From the NCBI GenBank assembly GCA_048941015.1, contig JBHLNZ010000083.1, positions 1 through 12,598 on the forward strand: 12,598 nt of DNA. The letters run 5' to 3'. A model generated the notes under the pieces. It was not told where the DNA came from. It did no database searches and saw nothing but the letters and a program-made list of their open reading frames with translations. A program made the position numbers and the translations under genes. Position 1 is the stretch's first letter, and every line of letters starts with the position of its first letter. Source of the stretch: Promethearchaeota archaeon. Lineage in GTDB: Archaea > Asgardarchaeota > Lokiarchaeia > Sigyniarchaeales > SOKP01. This document shows, piece after piece, positions 7,478 through 12,598 of this stretch.

Positions 7478-9313
7478 TCAAATGCTTCTATACGGTATTT
7501 TTAATTCGCTTATTTCTTCTAATAATTTTTTCTTTAGATCTTCAATTTTTTCGAATTTATCATTTGGAATAGAACTACTTATTCTTAAAATATCATTTAC
7601 AATATTAAGTTCTCTTATTTCTTCAATAATTATTCTTTGGTGTAATAATTCTTTTGCTTCTTTATAAAACAATAGAATCAATTTTATCTGTCCCATTAAC
7701 TTTTTCGCATTTGTATAATTATCTATTGAATCAAAGGCATTTTGTATTAAAAATCCTTCTTTAATTAGTTTAGCACAAAAAAGAATTAATTGTTGATCTT
7801 CTGGTAGGTTTTCTTCACCAATTAATTGAGTAATATTTCTTAAATTATTTTCAGTAGATAAAATTTCGTTTACTTGGTTTCTACATTCTTCCCAATTTAA
7901 TTCTAATTCTGGCCACCTAATATCTCTTTGATTCCACCATTGAGAAACATATTCAGGATAATTAGAATATGAATCTAGCCAATTTAGTGCGGGATAATGT
8001 TTTGCATAAGCTAATCTTGCATCTAAAGCCCAAAATGCTTGAACAAAGCGCTTAGTAGTAGCTGTTACTGGCTCACTAAAATCTCCTGAAGGAGGGGATA
8101 CTGATCCAATAATAGTTAAAGATCCTGCTTTTCTTTTTCTGAGATTATTACTGCCTAAAATATCAACGACACCTGCTCTTTCATAAAAGCTAGATAGTTT
8201 AGAGGGTAAATATGCTGGATATCCTTCTTCAGCAGGCATTTCTTCTAATAATCCAGATATTTCTCTCAATGATTCTGCCCATCTTGAAGTGCTATCAGCC
8301 ATTAACGCTACATCATATCCCATATCTCTATAATATTCTGCTATCGTTATTCCTGAGAATATGCTTGCTTCTCGAGCAGATACAGGCATATTCGAAGTAT
8401 TTGCTATTAGCACAACTCGTTCTAATAAGGGGCGTTGTGTTCTTGGATCAGTAAGTTTTGAAAATTCTTTTAAGCTATCTGCAATTTCATTTCCTCTTTC
8501 TCCACAGCCTACAAAAATAATGATATTAGCATCACACCATTTTGCAAGAGCTTGTTGAATCACAGTTTTACCAGTCCCAAAACCTCCTGGAACAGCAACA
8601 GTTCCACCCTTTGCTACAGGAAAAAGTAAATCTATTACACGGGTTCCCGTAATTAGAGGTTCAATCGGACTAGTCTTTTTTTTAAATGGTCTACTTCTGG
8701 TAACTGGCCATTTTTGTATCATATTAAATACTTTTTCTTTTCCATCATGTTTCAGTGTATAAATCTTGTCTATGATGGTATAATCTCCCTCTTCAACAAG
8801 AGAAGTTAAAATTCCAGATTCTTTTGGAGGTATCATTATATAATGCTTTATTAAAGGAGTTTCTTGAACAACCCCAACAACATCTCCTCCATGAAGGTTA
8901 GCATTTTTCTTTTGTAAAGGTGTAAAGTGCCATTTCTTTGTCCGCGATAGAGAAGGTAAATCTTTTCCTCTCTCTATGAAACTCTGATTATCCATTTCTG
9001 AAAAAAGTGTTTTTAATGGTCTTTGAATTCCATCAAATATACTTGAGAGTAATCCTGGAGCCAATTCCATAGATAATGGTTCTTTTAAATCAATTACACT
9101 TTCATAGAGCTTTAAATTGCTTGTATCTTCAAAAGATTGGACAATAATTCTATCTGTATAAATTTGAATAACTTCACCTAGAATATTCAAATTAGAAATC
9201 CTGATTAAATCATGAAGTTTAATATCATGTTCTAAACCTTTAACTTCGATTATAGAACCATTTATCATCGAGATATATCCAGTATGTTCCTGATTCATTT
9301 TAGATTTAATCAT
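7478..9313 (-). CDS. atpA: A/V-type ATP synthase catalytic subunit A (A1, canonical copy)
   Basis: Walker [11 protein letters not shown], intact [45 protein letters not shown] and FLIQNAF. Sits between E and B with no intein-sized insertion. Alternative ATG at 9298. Confidence 0.98.
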   Translation of the reverse strand: MIKSKMNQEHTGYISMINGSIIEVKGLEHDIKLHDLIRISNLNILGEVIQIYTDRIIVQSFEDTSNLKLYESVIDLKEPLSMELAPGLLSSIFDGIQRPLKTLFSEMDNQSFIERGKDLPSLSRTKKWHFTPLQKKNANLHGGDVVGVVQETPLIKHYIMIPPKESGILTSLVEEGDYTIIDKIYTLKHDGKEKVFNMIQKWPVTRSRPFKKKTSPIEPLITGTRVIDLLFPVAKGGTVAVPGGFGTGKTVIQQALAKWCDANIIIFVGCGERGNEIADSLKEFSKLTDPRTQRPLLERVVLIANTSNMPVSAREASIFSGITIAEYYRDMGYDVALMADSTSRWAESLREISGLLEEMPAEEGYPAYLPSKLSSFYERAGVVDILGSNNLRKRKAGSLTIIGSVSPPSGDFSEPVTATTKRFVQAFWALDARLAYAKHYPALNWLDSYSNYPEYVSQWWNQRDIRWPELELNWEECRNQVNEILSTENNLRNITQLIGEENLPEDQQLILFCAKLIKEGFLIQNAFDSIDNYTNAKKLMGQIKLILLFYKEAKELLHQRIIIEEIRELNIVNDILRISSSIPNDKFEKIEDLKKKLLEEISELKIPYRSI

Positions 9314-10031
9314 AATTTTTTAGATAGTTTTTAATTTCTTTTTTTTTCAAATTGACATAATTTTCAAATTCATCATTTGATTCTTTATATTTGATATCTG
9401 TAATTAATTTTGAAAATTCTATTTCAATATCAACATAATTACTTATTAATAAAGAATCTATGGTATAATCATAAGAGATATTAGCTTTAGTCATATTAAC
9501 TTTAAATCCTCCTATATACTCTTCATTTGCTTTTTCTATAATAACTGGATTTTTAAGTATGTTTTTAATTGATCCAATATTTTTATTAAAGTAATTGTAA
9601 TCTCTTGAATTAAAATATAAAATAATTTCACCTGGTTTATCTATATTTGTACTTATCTTTTGAATGTATTTTAATATAAAATCAACATAATTTTCATATC
9701 TCTCATTAATAGAGTCTTTAATATGGTTTTTGAGAGATATTTTTAAATTATTTATTAGTTCGATCTTTAAACTAAGTAATTTTTCTCTTGATTCCAAAAG
9801 AGTGGATGTTAAGAATGAATTTAAAATTTCATTATATTGCTCAATGAAATTTTCTTTTAATTTTTCTGATTGTTTGCGCATTCGATCTTCAAAATTTTTC
9901 CTAATTTCTGCTTTTTGAAATAATGTTGTTCTATTAATTTCTTTTATTTCTCGTTGAGCTTGATCAATCATAAAGAGCCCTAGAAGCCCAACTTTTTCCT
10001 TCAACTCTGCTTCTTCCGAAATAAATATCAC
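9306..10031 (-). CDS. atpE: A/V-type ATP synthase subunit E (peripheral stalk); start uncertain (GTG 10031 or ATT 10022)
   Basis: Charged helical N-half and C-terminal IGGFKV...ISYDYTIDSLL, matching the GG...[DN]xTxxxxL motif of subunit E. Overlaps the A start by 8 nt. Confidence 0.88.
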   Translation of the reverse strand: MIFISEEAELKEKVGLLGLFMIDQAQREIKEINRTTLFQKAEIRKNFEDRMRKQSEKLKENFIEQYNEILNSFLTSTLLESREKLLSLKIELINNLKISLKNHIKDSINERYENYVDFILKYIQKISTNIDKPGEIILYFNSRDYNYFNKNIGSIKNILKNPVIIEKANEEYIGGFKVNMTKANISYDYTIDSLLISNYVDIEIEFSKLITDIKYKESNDEFENYVNLKKKEIKNYLKNYD

Positions 10032-10036
10032 CCAAT

Positions 10037-10357
10037 TTAAGTTAAAATTTTCCCTAAAGATTTGCTAACTTTACTAATAAAAAGATCTTTTGTCTCATGA
10101 TTTGATGTGAAAAGATTTGGCAGATAAAAAATAAATGGTTTTCTTCTATTTAGTTTAAAATCTATTAGAGTTTCTATAATATTATCTGGTAAATCAAGAG
10201 CAATGATAATCAAATAAATTGCAGGATTTTCCACCAAATCATTAAATTGCTTCATAAAATCTTTATTATCATCAATTACTGTACCATTGATTCCTAATAA
10301 TCCCAGCAAAGTGATAATTTCATCAGTTCCAATAACATGTATCTGTTGTTCAGGCAT
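10037..10357 (-). CDS. atpF: A/V-type ATP synthase subunit F
   Basis: 106 aa with IHVIGTDEIITLLGLLGING (cf. IAVIGDxDTVxGFxLAGV), a YLIII strand and PFIFYLP. TAATG overlap with the upstream gene. Confidence 0.92.
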   Translation of the reverse strand: MPEQQIHVIGTDEIITLLGLLGINGTVIDDNKDFMKQFNDLVENPAIYLIIIALDLPDNIIETLIDFKLNRRKPFIFYLPNLFTSNHETKDLFISKVSKSLGKILT

Positions 10358-10668
10358 TAAAAATTATACACCATTTTATCTAAAATTATTTCAATTATCT
10401 TAGATTTTTTATTTAAGTAGCTATTTCTAATATTCTCTAATTCAATTTTATTTTTTTTCTTAAGAGTTGAAATATGATCTTCAATATCTTTTGAAAGTTC
10501 ATCGAGAACAATCTTTATATACTGGTCTTTTTTCTGTATTAATTCCTTCAACTGACTTTCTTCTTTTTTAATTAATTGTTCAATTTGGGTTGCCTTGTCT
10601 TTTTTTGCATTATCAATTAACTCTTTATAAATTCTTTCAACTTCTTCTAACCATTTAAAAAGTTCCAT
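10357..10668 (-). CDS. atpH: A/V-type ATP synthase subunit H (G-equivalent, peripheral stalk coiled coil)
   Basis: 103 aa, E/K-rich all-helical pattern (LEEVERIYKELIDNAKKDK...IIEIILDKMV). Size and operon position fit. GAGG RBS upstream. Confidence 0.75.
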   Translation of the reverse strand: MELFKWLEEVERIYKELIDNAKKDKATQIEQLIKKEESQLKELIQKKDQYIKIVLDELSKDIEDHISTLKKKNKIELENIRNSYLNKKSKIIEIILDKMVYNF

Positions 10669-10693
10669 CTACTTCCTCTTTTTAATAAATTAA

Positions 10694-11743
10694 TTATTTT
10701 AATTCTAAAATTGTAAATTTTTTATTTATAATATTTACTATATTTGGTATAATTTCTCTTTTAATTTCTTTTTCTTTCTTAATTATCAATTCTAATATCT
10801 TATAAATTGTTTGATATTCAATATCATCCATTTTCATTCTAAATTTTCTAAAATAATATTCTTGAAAAATTCTCTCAAGTTCCCATATCGGATGCTCAGA
10901 ATTAGAAAGATTGCCTATGTATTTTAATTCCACAATAGGCCTAAACAAATCATCGATAGTTAAAAAAAAATCATTTAAATTATTTTGGTTCAAGAGCAAA
11001 TCGATTTTATTTTCATCTAAAAATAAAAAGTAATTAACAATAAATTGACTCAATAATTGTTTATCGATATTATTTGTTATACCCCGATAAATTAAATTAA
11101 TATTATAAATTTCTGCTTTGTATCTATTAAATAAACTTATCATCTCTCTTTCTTTTACATTATATATCTTTTCTCTCTGAATCATGGTTATATAATATAA
11201 TTGATCTAAAAAAGCCTCAAGAACAAAAATTTCGTTTTTATTTTTAAAGTAAAGTAACCCTTCTCTAATTGCTTTATTATACTTTGTTGGCTTCATATAT
11301 AGTTGTATACCTTGTAATGTAGAAATTTCTATTAATTTATTTATAAATTCGGTATTTTCTAAATATTTTTCAATTAACATGTTAACATTTTTTAGCTTTT
11401 CTTCAGTATTCATCCCTATAATTAACCCTAGAATGATTTCTTTTATATTCATAATCTCATATTTCATTAAGTAATCTTTAAGAAAACGTCTCATATTTAA
11501 AGGTGAAATAAAAATTATTTTTCCAATAAGCTTAAAAAACACTATGTATAACGCTTTTTCAATTTCTTCAATTGAATATTTAGTAATTTTTAAATTAGGA
11601 TAATAAGGAGCTAAAACAGTTAAATAATCTTCAATATCTATTATATCTTTAAGTTTTTTTAAAGTATTATCATCAATTATTAATTGCTTCAAAAATCCTA
11701 TCCTTATAAAAGTGTATGCATAAGCTGGAACTGGTATACTCGT
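10694..11743 (-). CDS. atpC: A/V-type ATP synthase subunit C (d); extended upstream of the ORF-track TTG (11692), putative ACG start
   Basis: C-family motifs KYEIMNIKEII, LEAFLDQLYY and EIYNINLIYRG. The frame stays open upstream of 11692 and encodes SIPVPAYAYTFIRIGF-LKQLI, resembling the conserved YxYxxARxxxMxxxLL N-terminus. In-frame TAG at 11756-11758. Identity is secure; the exact start is not. Confidence 0.88.
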   Translation of the reverse strand, partial: TSIPVPAYAYTFIRIGFLKQLIIDDNTLKKLKDIIDIEDYLTVLAPYYPNLKITKYSIEEIEKALYIVFFKLIGKIIFISPLNMRRFLKDYLMKYEIMNIKEIILGLIIGMNTEEKLKNVNMLIEKYLENTEFINKLIEISTLQGIQLYMKPTKYNKAIREGLLYFKNKNEIFVLEAFLDQLYYITMIQREKIYNVKEREMISLFNRYKAEIYNINLIYRGITNNIDKQLLSQFIVNYFLFLDENKIDLLLNQNNLNDFFLTIDDLFRPIVELKYIGNLSNSEHPIWELERIFQEYYFRKFRMKMDDIEYQTIYKILELIIKKEKEIKREIIPNIVNIINKKFTILELK

Positions 11744-11791
11744 TGAAAGGTCACCCTACTCTAAGGTTAATTATTTATTAAAGGAAATAAT

Positions 11792-12163
11792 TTAAGGAGA
11801 GGGAATTTTAGTCCACAAAAGTATTGCTATAATCAACCCATAAACGGCTAAAGCTTCTGCTAATGCTACTACTAAGAATGCTTTAAAAAAAGATTCTTCT
11901 CTTTCAGTTAAAGCGGCAATTGCAGAAGTGCCCACAGTTTTTATTGCCATCCCACTTCCTAAAACAGCAAATCCAACAGCAATCGCTGACGCAATCCCTA
12001 ATAGTCCTGCAGTTGATGATTGATAGTATTGAAGATTTTCTGAAGTTTGAGCTACAGTTAAGGTGATGATTCCATTAGTCGATATAAAAACTATGAATAT
12101 CAAAAATATTTGGTAAAGGGCAATCAATAGATAAAATTTTTGTTTCCGATTCAACTCATTCAC
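11792..12163 (-). CDS. atpK: A/V-type ATP synthase proteolipid subunit K (c), single hairpin with an extra N-terminal hydrophobic segment
   Basis: Gly/Ala-rich helix GIASAIAVGFAVLGSGMAI, loop ALTEREESF, and second helix VALAEALAVYGLIIAILL with ion-binding E103 (codon 11855-11857). Start is GTG 12163 or TTG 12154. Confidence 0.95.
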   Translation of the reverse strand: MNELNRKQKFYLLIALYQIFLIFIVFISTNGIITLTVAQTSENLQYYQSSTAGLLGIASAIAVGFAVLGSGMAIKTVGTSAIAALTEREESFFKAFLVVALAEALAVYGLIIAILLWTKIPSP

Positions 12164-12237
12164 TCATTTTAATTTTTAATAAATCCTACTAAATTTTATT
12201 ATATTAATTTAATATTGCGTAAAAACTTTACTGATTT

Positions 12238-12253
12238 TATTATAATTTTCATG
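12238..12253 (-). promoter_or_regulatory. Possible BRE/TATA promoter of the ATP synthase operon
   Basis: Minus strand reads CATGAAAA-TTATAATA about 75 nt upstream of atpK, in a 201-bp intergenic region. Other AT-rich candidates exist. Confidence 0.25.
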
Positions 12254-12344
12254 ATTAAAATTCGTGGATATTTCATTTAGACTATAAAATTAAATAAAAT
12301 ATATATATGGGGTATCATATTGCTAGAAAATTAAGAACTCGTGG

Positions 12345-12351
12345 AAAAAAA
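12345..12351 (-). terminator. Putative archaeal oligo-U terminator after the DUF47 gene
   Basis: T7 run on the minus strand beginning 14 nt after the TAA at 12365-12367. Confidence 0.35.
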
Positions 12352-12364
12352 GTATATATAAAAT

Positions 12365-12598
12365 TTATTGATATAAAAGAAGTCTTATCACATCAGCGAT
12401 ATCATGTATCCGATCTGCAAGTTGTTCTAATAAAACAATACTGTCTCTTAAACGTAAGAGCAATCTAATATTTAGATCCTGCTCGGATGTTGAATATAAA
12501 TAGTCAAGAAATTGCCTATATGTTTTATCAATGTGATTCTCGAGTTCGTGGATAGAAACAGTATTTTTATAAACTTCATCTGGATTGTCTCTTAAGTT
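12365..12598 (-). CDS. DUF47 / PhoU-like phosphate transport regulator family protein, C-terminal part (5' truncated by window edge)
   Basis: Not in the ORF track. The frame is open from 12598: NLRDNPDEVYKNTVSIHELENHIDKTYRQFLDYLYSTSEQDLNIRLLLRLRDSIVLLEQLADRIHDIADVIRLLLYQ*. The LExxxD and LExxADxxxDxAD helical motifs are typical of DUF47. Confidence 0.82.
   Translation of the reverse strand, partial: NLRDNPDEVYKNTVSIHELENHIDKTYRQFLDYLYSTSEQDLNIRLLLRLRDSIVLLEQLADRIHDIADVIRLLLYQ

Noticed and set aside
7344-7667. 107-aa plus-strand ORF
   Set aside because: Antisense to the atpA/atpB junction. The F/S/I-rich composition is typical of the reverse complement of K/E-rich coding DNA.
8212-8558. Two plus-strand ORFs (80 aa and 65 aa)
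   Set aside because: Antisense to the most conserved core of atpA.
7478-9313. Intein or eukaryote-type redox Cys in the Walker A of subunit A
   Set aside because: Length is normal with no insertion, and Walker A is GGFGTGKT in both copies, not GAFGCGKT.
9730-9918. 62-aa plus-strand ORF
   Set aside because: Antisense shadow of atpE.
12307-12468. 53-aa plus-strand ATG ORF (MGYHIARKLRTRGKK...)
   Set aside because: Overlaps the much better supported minus-strand DUF47 CDS and shows no family signal.

Overview
Very AT-rich archaeal DNA. An archaeal tRNA-splicing endonuclease and GGTGA-type ribosome-binding sites support an archaeal origin. Composition and protein style suggest an Asgard/Lokiarchaeia-like lineage, but that is inference. 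Almost the whole window is one minus-strand cluster: the 3' end of a DUF47/PhoU-like gene, then a complete A/V-type (A1Ao) ATP synthase operon in the unusual order K(c)-C-H-F-E-A-B-D-I(a). It is followed closely by a 2-TM membrane protein with a C-terminal zinc ribbon, a second full-length subunit A paralog and a universal stress protein, which converges on the 3' end of endA. The main observation is that the second A keeps Walker A/B and the catalytic Glu but has Pro in place of the near-invariant Arg of GERGNE. With the Zn-ribbon protein and a motif-degenerate USP, it may form a regulatory or decoy module for the synthase. The second observation is that subunit C has no in-frame ATG/GTG/TTG upstream of its conserved N-terminal motif, and C, D and E all show GGTGA followed by a near-cognate codon (ACG, ATA, ATT) plus Ser, suggesting non-canonical initiation.
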